64,000 bases of DNA from the human T2T-CHM13v2.0 reference genome, Homo sapiens, in assembly GCF_009914755.1 (NCBI RefSeq), contig NC_060931.1. One strand, 5' to 3'. Under the pieces are notes generated by a model. That model did not search any database. It was not told the origin of the DNA and was given only the letters and a program-made list of their open reading frames with translations. A program made the translations under genes and the position numbers. Below are positions 1-13,829 of the stretch, piece after piece (position 1 is the first letter of the stretch; each line of letters starts with the position of its first letter).

Positions 1-2899
1 TTCAGACTTCAAAAGGGCGTTTTCTGCGTTAAGTTCTCTTAGGGCCTGAGAAGATACCATTAGCTCCTTACTGAAAGTCCTTCATCTGTCAGGCTAATCC
101 AAGTTTGCTATTGGAGAGATGCCCATAAGTCCTGAGTAGATGGGTAGTTTAAAGAGAAACTTTTGGCACAGGCTTAACTTATGAGAACCACTACAACATC
201 TCAGTTCTAGTATTGGTTCCTCTGCTTAAGTAACCCTGACCTTTTTGAGGAAATCATCAGCTTTTGACTTCATCTGTTGAGTGAAGAACGGACATTGGTA
301 ATGCTTCTCCGATGTCCCACAGTGGTTAAGACGTCCAAATGAGATGAAGCTGTTTGCTCCCTCTTCCCTGCAGATTCTATACCCTGAACTGCCTATCATT
401 TGAGTCCTCTGGACATTATGCTCATCTTGGCTGGTATCCTCCACTTCTTACCTAGTATCCCTAATGATCTCTTCCTTTCTCGTATTTAAGGACCCTTGAG
501 TGATATCTTCTCGCTCCTGGTTATTTCTAGAGCCCTGAGCCGTGTCCAGTGAATACTGGTCTATCCCAATGTTGTCTGAATTTTTACTTTGATGATCACA
601 GACTAAGAGGACACAAATATAAGGAAGTGGAATAAGATGGGCCATCAGTGGTACAAGGCACCAGGAAATCCAAAGATCCACTTGAGCATAAGACCAGTGA
701 GAAAGTGCTGACAACAGAAAGCCCTTAAGTAATTGAGGCAGCTTCTCTGCCTCCAGCCAAAAGCATGGAATGAACCCCGGAACGTCATGCCTGGGCCTTG
801 TAGGAAGGGCAAGGAAGGCAGGAACACCTGGCTGTGGTTCCTGTTGGTATTGAAACCAGACTGCTCCACGGAGCTCGCCTCTCACCTCTTTGCTTCTGTC
901 TTTAGTGCTCCCAGCTGTAACGGACCCTAGTTGCATCCCTAACTTCCTTACCCCCAGGCCTCCACCTGTAACCTCTTCCCCAGCTCCCCCATCCCTGTAC
1001 CGGATAGGGAGCTTTCTTGATCCAACATTGACAATTTGCAGGGGCCAGCTCTAAGATGAGGCCCAGAGTACAGCAGAACACTCTAGCACAGATAGGTTCT
1101 AGCTAGGGAAAGCCACTTGCACAGACAGAGGAGATGTCAGAGCATGTTTTGTGGTAAGGACCCACTCTGCTTCTCACCCCAAACTCATAATTGGCAGGCT
1201 GTGGGTAAGGCTATGGGAGGGGGGTCGGGGGGAAACTATGACCTGGGCTGTGAGGGAGGGGTGATGAGGTTGTTCCCTGTGTTGTTCTTCCCTGTGTTGT
1301 TGCTATGGAAACCTTTGAGAATCTGATAAAAACTGTGAACCCTTAAGGTCCCTTTGTAAACCCACGCTTCATGATTGACAGGTAAGAGACCTTTGAGCTG
1401 GGGCATGTAAGATGGGGAGTGGGGTCAGATCTGGATTCCCATAGAAGACAAGGGTGGATGGGATCAGAACATGAGTGGAGGTGTCCATGATCTGGAAGGA
1501 AGAAAAGAGGGGGTAAATACACAGATATATAGGTGGAGATTGCGTCATATGACCTCCATTTCAAAGAAAAAGAGGTCATTTCCAGAAAAGAAGCAATTTT
1601 CTATGGGGAGCTCGTGGGGGCTAGAGAAATCCAGGAATGGCTGCTATTAAGTGTACGTAAAAAGAACACCCAGAAGTTAATAAAAGGCTTGCTAAGCAGC
1701 AGTAAGGGAATAGTTGAAGGAAAATACATTTTTAAAAGATTTTAGTATATCGGGCACTCATTTTAGTACATGGCTTTTCTTTGAAAATATATGTATATGT
1801 ATAAATGATGTATAACTTGAAGATAAATTGCTTTTTGATGGTATCCTGAGGCTTCTGGCATTGTTTTGTGAATACTCCATGAAAGCACTTGACTAAAAGG
1901 GAATAATCTCACTTGGAGAGAAACATATTAAGTAGGAATATATAATTAGTTCCTCTGACACCCACATATAACATTCCCCCTCGCTTGTCTCAAGATACAT
2001 TGCTGGGGAACCAGGCTGACTTCACCTTGTGCTGAAGACCAGAAGGACCAAGGCAAAGTGCCCAAGAGGGCCAAGGACCAGTTGGCATCAAAGATATTAG
2101 TTCCACTGGGGTCAGGAGGACCAGTCTAAGCCAGAATGGATATCAGTTACAAAAATGGGCTAAGTTGTGCATGACAGCCAGGTGAGTAAAGAAGAAACAG
2201 CAAAAATCAGAAGTCAGGCAGAGCTTAGTGAAGTAGTGTATGGATGAATAAGGTGAAGTCTGGGAGAGCACATGGCCCAGTGTTAGGAAGAAATAGACCT
2301 CTATGTGAGCAAACTTTGGTTGCTCAAGTAAAGGGCCAGGATTGTAAGACACAGATTAACGAACGGATGAAATCACAGGGATATCCAAGAGCAGAAGCCC
2401 AAATAGGACCAGGGCCCAAAGAGAGTAGAGTTAGAGTCAAGGTGGGTGAGAGGATCCCAGCCGCGGTCCATGGATATTTACTCCATCCCTTTCCACTAGT
2501 GTGACTCAGCTCAGCGCACGTGTCTGCCTCTTTCTGTTGTTCTATCAACTGGAAAATTTCTTCTGTGTTTCCAGGTCCAGTCCTGAGAGAGGAGATCTGA
2601 TTGGTTCAGTCAAAGACTATTGTCTTTGGCAAATCCTTTAGTAGGAGGAGGACATCAAAGGCACAGGCGCGCCTAAGGATGAATTACTCTAATCCAGGCA
2701 GTGGTCACCCTTGGGCAAAGAAGAGCTCAATGGGTAATTTTAGTTAGAAGAGAAATTGAGCATGGAAGGCAAATTAGCTGAAATGTCCAACAGCTCTCAA
2801 TGGGAATCATTTGAATTTTGAGGTGAATAAACTCCTAGAGAGGCAAACACCCAATGAATGATCACACAGTTCTTGATGATCACTGTGACCCACTGAGCC

Positions 2900-3560
2900 A
2901 GTGTTAAGGGAGATTAATCTAGAAGTTTGCACCACTGGTAACTGAAAGGATAAGAATCATCCATCTCAGAAAGATTTTGGGAAAAAACATTCTGGATATT
3001 ATTGTTGGCAAGAAACTTCATATGAATCTTCCATGTGATATGGCTCCCTTCAAATGAAAGCAGTCTTGAAGATTTAATATGTAATCATTTAACAATTTTA
3101 ATAAATAAAAACAAGCACAACTCAATGTAAACCACAGTACATAATAAGGTGAATGCATAAAAGCTGGTGTACTCTTAATCACTGGAAGTTTCAGATCTAA
3201 GCAATATTTGCTATGTAATTTTTAATCCATTGAGCACCCATCATGGTGTTTGTCAAGTGGACTAAAATATCCCCTGAGTTCTGCATAGTTCGGATCCCAT
3301 TTGGGAACTTGTGCTCTGTTCTGGGCTCATTTTTCTGAAAGGCATGGATACATATGCATTCTAGGGTTAGCATCAAAGGCTGGAGGGAGTCAGGAGGCAA
3401 AACATATGCTGAACCGATAAGGGATCTAGAGCTGTTTATCCCAAAGAAAAGAAAATGAGGCCACATAAATATCTTCTAATATTTGGGGTACTTTTATATG
3501 AACATGGGAGAAGGCATTTGTGTTTCTCAAGGCAGCAGAACAGAATTGAATATATAAATT
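2900..3560 (+). mobile_element. Highly diverged L3/CR1 LINE fragments
   Basis: Degenerate CR1-like segments (ttgttggcaagaaacttcatatgaatcttccatgtgatatggctccc; gggatctagagctgtttatcccaaagaaaagaaaatgagg). Confidence 0.4.
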
Positions 3561-4179
3561 CATAGAATTTTTAAGCTGGGCAAGACCTTAGGAGCTCATT
3601 CAGCCCAAGGAGTACATATAACTTTTCATCTGTATGCCAGCTCCAACCAATTGGCATGTTAAGAAGGATTCTGAGGATGAATCTAAGCTCAGAGGGGAGG
3701 GGAAAATGTGGTCACTGATAGTGATATCTGTTGTGGAAGAGAAGGGCCATATCTACTCAAGTACCATGTTTTAGTCTTCATTAATGTGGTCTGTAGGTTT
3801 TTAACCTCTGGGTGGTGGATCCCTGGGAGGCCACAAAGTCATTGCAAGAGGTAAACAAATCTGTATATGCAGCAAGTGCTTTTGGCAAGCTACTCTGAGT
3901 AAATAATATATCTTACATCATATGTGCTACTATTTTTCTAATTCTATACATACATTATAATGATAAAATGCTAATTTATTTAAAAGAGTTATTGAATTCA
4001 TAGTAGCTTTTAAGTTTGTGTTTTTGTGTTTTATTAATGAGTGGACTTAAAACATATAATTATATTATGTGTGGGAAGGTTGGGACAGGAAATTTGGGAT
4101 CTTAAGTAGAAATTCTTTTTAAAAGATGAACCAGTGATCTATTTTTTATTCTCCAAAGCCTAGCCACACCAAGTAAAAT

Positions 4180-4332
4180 TATGTATGTATTTGTAGGTTT
4201 CTTCGATTAATGTCTGCCCTGTCTTATTGGTCTGTCAGATATATAAGGACAGGAACCTCTATTTTTTTTTCATTCGTATATACCCAGTGCGTGGCACACG
4301 GCAGAATCTCAATAAATATTTGTTGAATGAAA
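4180..4332 (+). mobile_element. L2 3' end fragment
   Basis: cagtgcgtggcacacggcagaatctcaataaatatttgttgaatgaa is a typical L2 3' terminus. Confidence 0.65.
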
Positions 4333-4529
4333 TAACAAACCAAGTGACTTGACCAAAGTCATCCAGTTAATTAGTGGTAAGATAGTTCCAAAACACACAG
4401 CTCCTAAGTTCCAAGCAGTTAACCTTTTCAATATACCACATTACTTCCCCTGATAGTAAGAGAGCATGTTTTAACAGTTAGCAAATTTAGGTTATACAAT
4501 GCTGCCCAATCTGCCTATATACCCATGCA

Positions 4530-4704
4530 TCTTAACCAGTATCTTAATCAGAATCAACTGTAGAGCTTTTTGAAAATACACATCCCTGAGACCTATCCTC
4601 TAGAGATTCTGATTCGGTAGGTCTAGAAGGGGGTCCAGGCATCTGTAGTTTGTAAAAGTTCCCTGGTGACTCTGATAAAACATCCTGGCTCAGAAACAGT
4701 TCTG
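4530..4704. mobile_element. MER5-type hAT-Charlie DNA transposon relic
   Basis: atcagaatcaactg...agagattctgattcggtaggtctag...ccaggcatctgtagtttgtaaaagttccctggtgactctgat resembles the MER5A core. Confidence 0.7.
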
Positions 4705-5709
4705 TGCACCTATCGTTAAAATAATTGATAGTAGATGTATGTAGTTACTTATTCCTCAGAAGCCTATTTCTTTAGTTTTGAATAATTTCTTTCTAAAAAT
4801 TATAGTTGCATATGCCAAATAATCCGTTTGGCCAGAAGAGCAAAACCTTTAGTTTTGCTTTTTTTTCAGTTTAAGCACAAAGTTATCAACCCTGTAAGGT
4901 CAAATTTTTCTGATGAGATTTCCAGTGTTTGCTTTTGTAAAGGACTGGAAATGTGGCAAGAATAAAATTTCTCATGGTATTTCCCACTTCCTTTTCCAGC
5001 CATCATTACTAAGGGAAATTTAGGCTTAGAGGGAGGGGTGAATCTAGGAGAAAAAAAATTTTAAGTATTTCTGTTCTTAGGAGGTTTTGAGCAGATATTT
5101 CGCTTCCTAGGAAAAGCTGAAGATGTTTTTCTCTGTTTCCACTTTGTGGTGAGGATGCACAAATCCTGAAGAGGGGAGAAGCTTCCTCCACCTCCACCCT
5201 CACCCCTACATCTTCTCTAGGGCAGGAGTCATCACAGCCCCTGGTTTAGATGCTTCCCTGGGTGGCCCTTTTGAAAGTATGTGGACCCTAAGAGACAGGA
5301 GACTTTGAGTGCATGGATGGGGGATAATTTGCTTTTGCAGAAGGACAGAAAATTTATCTCTAGGTTCTTCCTTTATTCGGCAGTTAGGAATTACATCCTC
5401 TGTATTGCACAGAAGAATCTACCATATTCAGAGCACTGAGTACATGGATTATATTCACTAAAGATTGGAGAGCTAAAAGTTTCTCTGCAAGAGTGACCTG
5501 ATCTAGTAAGAATGTCAAAATTGTTACTATATTTGTACCCTTGCTCTTCGGTTTAGAGGGCAGGTGCTTCCGTGTGTACATAGAAGCAGAGCTTGTTGGA
5601 GAAGAGGAGCTAAAAAGGAATTAGATTAGAATCCACCTCTGTACAATGGCACCATCTGGACTCAGTCTCCTTCATCTCTAACACTGTCCCCACTTTCTCT
5701 GCACCCCAA

Positions 5710-6121
5710 ACTCATACTGGCTCCCAAAAGCTCATTGTTAAACTTTCGAGAATTTTGAGAGCCAGTTGTAAAACACAGCCATTATAAAAACTAAATCATA
5801 TAAACTTACAATTAAACACATTATATGAAGAGCCAAGATAATAAATACTCAAAACTCTTCCTAATTATTTTGCTATGTTTCACTATTATCTATTCTCTTG
5901 AGGTTAGTTACATCTATTGTGGCTATATGGTGGAAATACTGTATAAAATGCTGTGCAACTGAGCTTCTCCTCCCAATTCTTCATTCAGTGATGTCATATT
6001 CAGAACTTGAAATTGACCATGATGGAAGTAATTACACCACAGAAATCAGCCCATGCTACAAAGCAGACTCCCCTCCCCTCACCCAAGAACTTGTTGCTAA
6101 ACATTGACTAGCACATCACTG
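5710..6121 (+). mobile_element. MER63-type hAT-Blackjack DNA transposon relic
   Basis: ctcatactggctccc...aattttgagagccagttgtaaaacacagccattat..., ending aaacattgactagcacatcactg (MER63-like terminus). Confidence 0.7.
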
Positions 6122-6312
6122 ACCCTAAGGGATGCGGTGGTAAAATTAGCCTCTGCATTGGAGAGCCAAGCGGAATACCTCTGTGGTTCAGTTACATGCA
6201 TATTCATAATGTATGCTTATGATTGCATATTTGTTTGTTTGCTTGCTTATTTATTTCTCATGCTCCTAGAACATAAGCTCTATGAAAGTAGAGACTTTGT
6301 TTGGCTTTTTCA

Positions 6313-6720
<408 letters not shown>

Positions 6721-6884
6721 CTACAATTTCTACTTTAAAAATACCTGAAGCCAGTGTTCATGTTGGAGCTCATTGATTCCTCATGAATTGTATCATTGTT
6801 CAGTGTTTAGAACAGTGCCTGGCACATGCTAAGTAGCATGTAGATTTTTATTAGGTAAAAATAAAATAAGTTATCTTCATAACA

Positions 6885-7030
6885 GCTAATTTTACAGATG
6901 AAGAAACTGAGTTACGATTAGATTAAGTAATATAGCTAAGGTCCCACAGCTAGTAAGTAGCTGGGTCAGGATCTAAACCCGGGATAATCTGGAGGCACTG
7001 CCCACCTTCTTTACCACTGTGCTATGCTGC
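6885..7030 (-). mobile_element. MIR
   Basis: ttttacagatgaagaaactgag...aaggtcccacagctagtaagt is the reverse-strand MIR core. Confidence 0.7.
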
Positions 7031-7109
7031 CTCTTGCTAGTTACTCCACGTCACTGAGACTCCTCTTTTGTATGTGGCTCTAGAAAGAATTGAGATCTAT
7101 TTGAGAACA

Positions 7110-7282
7110 AACTTTGGAGTCAGGAGAACTTGAGTTTGAATCTCAAATTTACCACTTTTTTCACTTACAAAATGGGGATGATTTCTCCTCCACTTTGTAG
7201 TTGTCACAACTACTAGAAGTAATATCTTGAAACTGCTTTGCACGTACATGATAGACACTCAATTACAAATGGTCAGCTATTG
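7110..7282 (+). mobile_element. MIR
   Basis: ctttggagtcaggagaacttgagtttgaatctc...aaaatggggatg...acatgatagacactcaat. Confidence 0.6.
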
Positions 7283-7696
7283 GCTGTGATTTCCTGTGGA
7301 GGCTACCTGTTAGCGTGGGGCTTAGCCACACACTGTCCCCTGTTGCCTCCTCTAGGCCATCCTGTAGACAGATTAAAAAGGGCTCACTGCTTCTACATTT
7401 GGGGTCTCCAGGAGGTAAGACTAGGACCAATAGATACAAGTTCTAGGAAGTCCTATTTCAGATCAGCTTACAGACTTTCTAAATAGATATTTCTGTCTCT
7501 GAAGCACGAACCTCGCTGCTCTACAGAAGCAGACAACTTCCACTGTCCTTTCCAACCAGAAGGTTTACCTGCTTGCCCTTATCAACAAATCTATGCTGCC
7601 TTTAACATTTTAAATCATTTTATCTAGTATAGCTAAAGAGTTGTATTATTCCTGAGATTGGGTTGTTTTGCAGGTTTTCAGTGTTTTAGACCTGGA

Positions 7697-7832
7697 ATGA
7701 GAGGGAGTAAGAAAAGAGGGAGGGAGAGGAAAAGAGAAAAAGAAATAAGGAGAGAGAGAGAGAGAGAGAGAGAAAGGAGAGGACAGAGAGGGAGGAAGGG
7801 AAAAGGGGGAAGAGGAGGGAGGGGAGAAGGAA
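7697..7832. repeat. (GA)n microsatellite within a polypurine tract
   Basis: gagagagagagagagagagagaga flanked by GA/GGA-rich sequence. Confidence 0.9.
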
Positions 7833-8239
7833 ATTGGAATTTATCTGGAGAAAAAGTACTGAACTTGGGAGAGAGACTGAAGAGCAATGGATTGATAGTT
7901 ATCTGAAGTCCTCACAGGTTAAGGATGGTTGAGAAGATAAGCTAGCTCATTCAGCTACCTTGCTGGCATACTAGCTATGTGACAGGCACTGTTCTGGTTG
8001 AGGACTGCTCTCTCAGAGCAGTAAAGTAAATCAAATAACTTGCCCAAAGTCACACTGCTGGAAAATGCCAGAGCTGTTCAAAGCTCCTCCCTAACTCCAA
8101 CCCTCTCCAATTCTCTACAGCTATCTGCTCTGTGTCTTCCCCCAAGAAAGCGATGGAAACCAGAGCAGGAGGTTTCCGTAACCAGTCATTATAATTTGTC
8201 AGGGAGCCATACTGCAGTTCAACTAGACAAGCACATTGT

Positions 8240-8258
8240 CATTCCCTGCCATATAAGG
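8240..8258. promoter_or_regulatory. Candidate M-CAT (TEAD) plus perfect CArG (SRF) composite site
   Basis: CATTCC 8240-8245, then CCATATAAGG 8249-8258. Motif match only. Confidence 0.4.
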
Positions 8259-8817
8259 AAACAGAGCTAAACACCATTGCTTTCACTATTGACTGGAGAG
8301 GTTGCTCAAGTTAGAGTTAGACAAGATGAGGATCTAGACCTAGAGCAGTTAAATTAAATTAAAAAAAGAAAGAAAGAAAGCCAGAGAAGTAGTTTTGTGT
8401 TTTCTTTTCCTGGTACCAGAGATAGTTTAACAAGCAGTTTCCATCCTTCTCCCTGACTCAACGGGAGATTTTCCCTGACATTAGGCACTAAAGGATTCAA
8501 CTACTCGTACAAATACTTCAAGCTGTTTTGGTGTTTGATTATGTCAAATTTTAAGAAAAGGCAGAGGATCAGTTCAGGTATTCAAAAGGCCAACATATCC
8601 AAAAGGTATTCAAAAGGCCAAGACAGAGCTGCTTCTGTGTGGGTCAGGTAGAAAGTCAAGGACTGTATTTCTCTGTCCATTGATTTACAAAAGAAATTAG
8701 TGTCCACTCACCTTCCCAGGCACTCTCAGAAATACTACTTATTAAGAAGACTTTACATTTAAGTTTGACCTTCTTGTCCAAAGCTAAGAATATTCACGGG
8801 GTCACTCTTTGCCTTAA

Positions 8818-9164
<347 letters not shown>

Positions 9165-9392
9165 TAACCAACTTTATGAAGGGAGAAACAGAGGCATGAA
9201 CAGTTGAAACTATTTCCTTAAAGACAGCCAGTTCCATCTTGCCATACAGAGTGCCCACATTTTCAGATAATCCGAAGAGGCATCACTTAGTGTCCCCAGG
9301 GAAATGAAAAACAAAAAACAAAAAACAAAAAAACCTGTAAATAGTCTGGTCATCTTCTCCTAACTATCATCTTGGACCAGATTGCATCTGGA

Positions 9393-9728
9393 GTACTAGT
9401 TTATTAGGCATACCCGAGACTGGGTAATTTATAAAGAAAGAGGTTTAATGGACTCACAGTTCCACATGATTGGGGAGGCCTCACAATCATGGCGGAAGGC
9501 GAATGAGGAGCAAAGTCACAAATTACATGGTGACAGGCAAGAGAGCTTGTGCAGGGGAACTCCCATTTATAAAGCCATCAGATTTCCTGAGACTTATTCA
9601 CTACCACGAGAATAGTATGGGGGCAACTGCCGCCGTGATTCAGTTATCTCCACCTGGCCCTGCCCTTGACACATGGGATTATTACAATTCAAGGTGAGAT
9701 TTGGGTGGGGACACAGCCAAACCATATC
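9393..9728 (-). mobile_element. THE1 (MaLR) solo LTR
   Basis: gagactgggtaatttataaagaaagaggtttaatggactcacagttccacatg...gagatttgggtggggacacagccaaaccatatc is the reverse complement of a THE1 LTR. Confidence 0.9.
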
Positions 9729-9729
9729 T

Positions 9730-10412
<683 letters not shown>

Positions 10413-12125
10413 ATGTCCCAACTCACAATGGTGGTAGAAATCCATATGGCACATTTTCTGAAGCTCAAGTGCCAAAGACCCTACTGCTGCTGGTATTCTA
10501 TCTTTCCACTGGGTCTAAGGGAATGCTTTGCTAGAAATCCCTTGGCCTTTTGAATTTGCCTTTGACATTTACTTTCTGCCTTTCTCAATATGAAATTCTG
10601 ATCCCATTAAAAGTCAAAAGAGGTTTTCGAAATGACGCACTGAAGTACAGCTTCACATACTGTGGCCTATCTGTGGACAGCTATGAAACCACGGCGGCAG
10701 ACCATCTGGTATGAGGCCTTTAGGAGCCAAGGACGGGGCTCAGTGGGAAGGCTTGGCCAGGGCAGCCTGCAAGCCAGGGAGGCAGGCGCTGAGAGGGGAG
10801 CAGCTTCAGGGCAGCTGGCCGGGCCAGGGAGGCAGCCACAGAGGGACCTTGTGCATGCCTGCACAGGGCCCAAAGAGGGTGGCCCTTTTCCGTCATTTTT
10901 ATATATGCTGATCACAACCACAAATCCCCAGACACAAGGAAAAATATTTGAAGCCTACACATATTTGCGCTCTGAATCATTTGTCTCTTGTCTTTATTTT
11001 CCTCTCTCTCCTCTCTATCTATCCTTAAATTTTTATACTTTTTCTCTCAACAGTCCTCCTCACTTTATCTGTCTTTGCTCTAGTTGGTTTCAAGCACCCA
11101 TACATTGTGTCTTGTCTGCATTTTCCATGTTCTATTTTTAAGGTATTTTATTTTAGCCTTTTTGTCCCTTTTTTGTCCCTTTCCTAAAGCTCTTCTTGGT
11201 GCCCATTTCCCAGCTTTGGTCCTGCTCATGGCTTCTCTGTCTTAGGCCAGGGGTAGTCTATAGACAGGATGACTATACCATTTATCGTCAAACTGGGACA
11301 CGTTGAAGAGGGAAAGAAGGGGCAGTTAATAATTTCCCTAAAATGCAGTCCCGAAGTGGGACTGTCCCAGTGTGGAGTGGATGCTTATTCTATCCATGGT
11401 GTGGTTTTCTGCTTTCCACAAATCTCTCTTCACCTATCAACCACTCCCTCCATTTATGTACCATTTTTTTTTTTTAAACCTTTTATGTTCTGGTCCTTCT
11501 TTTTTATTTCAACCCCAAGAAGCTTTATGTGTTCTTGTATTTCTGTCTTCTTTTATCTCCTCCTCATTCCTTCACTTTACTCTACTCTGCTCTCTATCTT
11601 GTCTCACCACTTCAATTCTTCTTCTCCCTTGATTTCCTTCTTTTGGGTACAGACTGGACTGCAGCTCACAGAGGCCATGCCTGTCTGCCATGATACATGC
11701 AGGACATAGTCCCTGCATTTCTGAAACAAATCAAGGCACAGCTGAGCACATACACACACACTTCAAAATAAGCCACCAAATGTTACAAGCTGCTTTGGGT
11801 CTCAGATGAGCCCTGAGTGGACTGTTCACCCCTTCAGCACCTCTACCCAGAGACTAGAACAATCCCTACACCACGCAAGCAGCCATGCCTGTTACTGTTA
11901 CGGAGGCATGTTCTGTGTATGTGTCTAGGCTCGCACGGGATGCATTTCCTATAGGTGTACCTATGTACACTAGAGTTGAAAAATGATGAAAGCATATGAC
12001 CCGAAAGACAAAAAGAAAGTGACAGGTGAGCTAACTGTGCATTGCCTTTGTTATGACTTCAGTAATCTGGATCATCTTATCCTCTAAAGAAATGTATACC
12101 AAAGGCCTAGCAATGGCTGCCATAG

Positions 12126-12470
<345 letters not shown>

Positions 12471-12828
12471 TAAATATTTTTTTCAGTTCTTTTTAAATGT
12501 TCTCATGACACAGTCATCTGCAACTTATGGTTTATTCTGAAAAATCACTTCAATTTTCCAGATATTCCTTAGACTTAAGGTTGTGCAAGGAAGGCCTGAA
12601 ACTCCTTCCCAACTTGAAAATGAGAAAGGAAGAGTATTTTCCTCTTGTAAGTCGCTGGAAGCCAGTCCACTGATACCTGAAATACTTGACAGAATGGCAC
12701 TGTGTCAGCTGTCAGGAGCTGCTCTCGTCTTTTTTATTTATTTATTTACTTATTTGGGAATTTTGACCACAATTTTCTTTCTCTTTTTTTTTCAAATACT
12801 CTAAAAATTAAAGAATGAGGAAAGAAGA

Positions 12829-13172
12829 CTGTGTCCCCACCCAAATCTTATCTTGAATTGGAGCCCCCATAATTCCCACGTGTGGTAGGAGGGATCCAGT
12901 GGGAGGTAATTGAATCATGGGGATGGGTCTCTCCCATGCTGTCCTCATGGTAGTGAATAACTCTCACGAGATCTGATGGTTTTATACAGGGGAGTTCCCC
13001 TGCACATGTTCTCTTGCCTGCCGCCATGTAAGACATGATTTTGTTCCTAATTTGCCTTCCACCATGATTGTGACACTTCCCCAGGAACTGTGAGTCAATT
13101 AAACCTCTTTCCTTTATAAATTACCCAGTCTTGGATACGTCATTATTACCAGAGTGAGAACAGACTAATACA
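12829..13172 (+). mobile_element. THE1B-like solo LTR, sense to the host gene
   Basis: ctgtgtccccacccaaatcttatcttgaattg...aactgtgagtcaattaaacctctttcctttataaattacccagtc...cagactaataca. Confidence 0.92.
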
Positions 13173-13829
13173 ACAGTGAAATAGATATTTTATGAACGGA
13201 AATACAGGTTTTGTTCAAGTTCTCTCCTTCCTTCCTCTCTCTTTCCCTTCCTTCCCCCTCCTCCTTTTCTTTCTTTCTCTTCCTCCTCATTCTTCACATT
13301 CTTCCAGTTTTTGTTTCTTCTCCCACTGAGATTGATATGGCTGGAAATGTGCTATTATGATTGGGCAGCCTTGTGCTTTATCCATGGTGGCCTATAGCTC
13401 TCTTGCTTATATATATCTTTTTATGAAGATCGATGGTAACAAAAAATACTTCACCCACACTCTGCTGGGAAGATGCGACGGTGGAATGGAAATATCTATC
13501 CAGAGAGCTCCCTACGACCCTAAGACTTGACAGAGTCATCCCCAGCCAGCCTGGAGCCACTGACCCACCTGTGTCTGAGTAACTGGGAAACAAGGAGTGT
13601 AGGAGTTTGAGAGTTATTTTTGTTTTTTACTTTTTTAAACTTTCATGCCTTTCCATATTTCTGCTCTTAGATATTCTGTTAAAATAAAACAACGGCTCTT
13701 TCCATGGGAGTAGTTTCTAGCTTGCTAATTCTTTTTTGAGAGAGTGTTTGCATGAGGTTTTAAGTTTTTAAAGTCTTGGCTCTTATATTTTGTAGGAGCC
13801 CTAGACTCCAGATAGTGGTCTAATAGAAA

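Noticed and set aside
226-936. Minus-strand ORFs of 72, 162 and 74 aa
   Set aside because: No recognisable domain or exon structure; overlapping ORFs on both strands are typical of chance ORFs in intronic DNA.
2179-2187. Perfect donor CAG|GTGAGT
   Set aside because: No convincing upstream acceptor or promoter; isolated consensus donors are expected in long introns.
7658-7906. Arg/Glu-rich ORF superficially like caldesmon's charged repeats
   Set aside because: Translation of the (GA)n tract; does not match the caldesmon sequence.
10662-11709. ORFs of 159 and 146 aa with hydrophobic tails
   Set aside because: The hydrophobic Phe/Leu/Ser content comes from pyrimidine-rich low-complexity DNA; no homology recognised.
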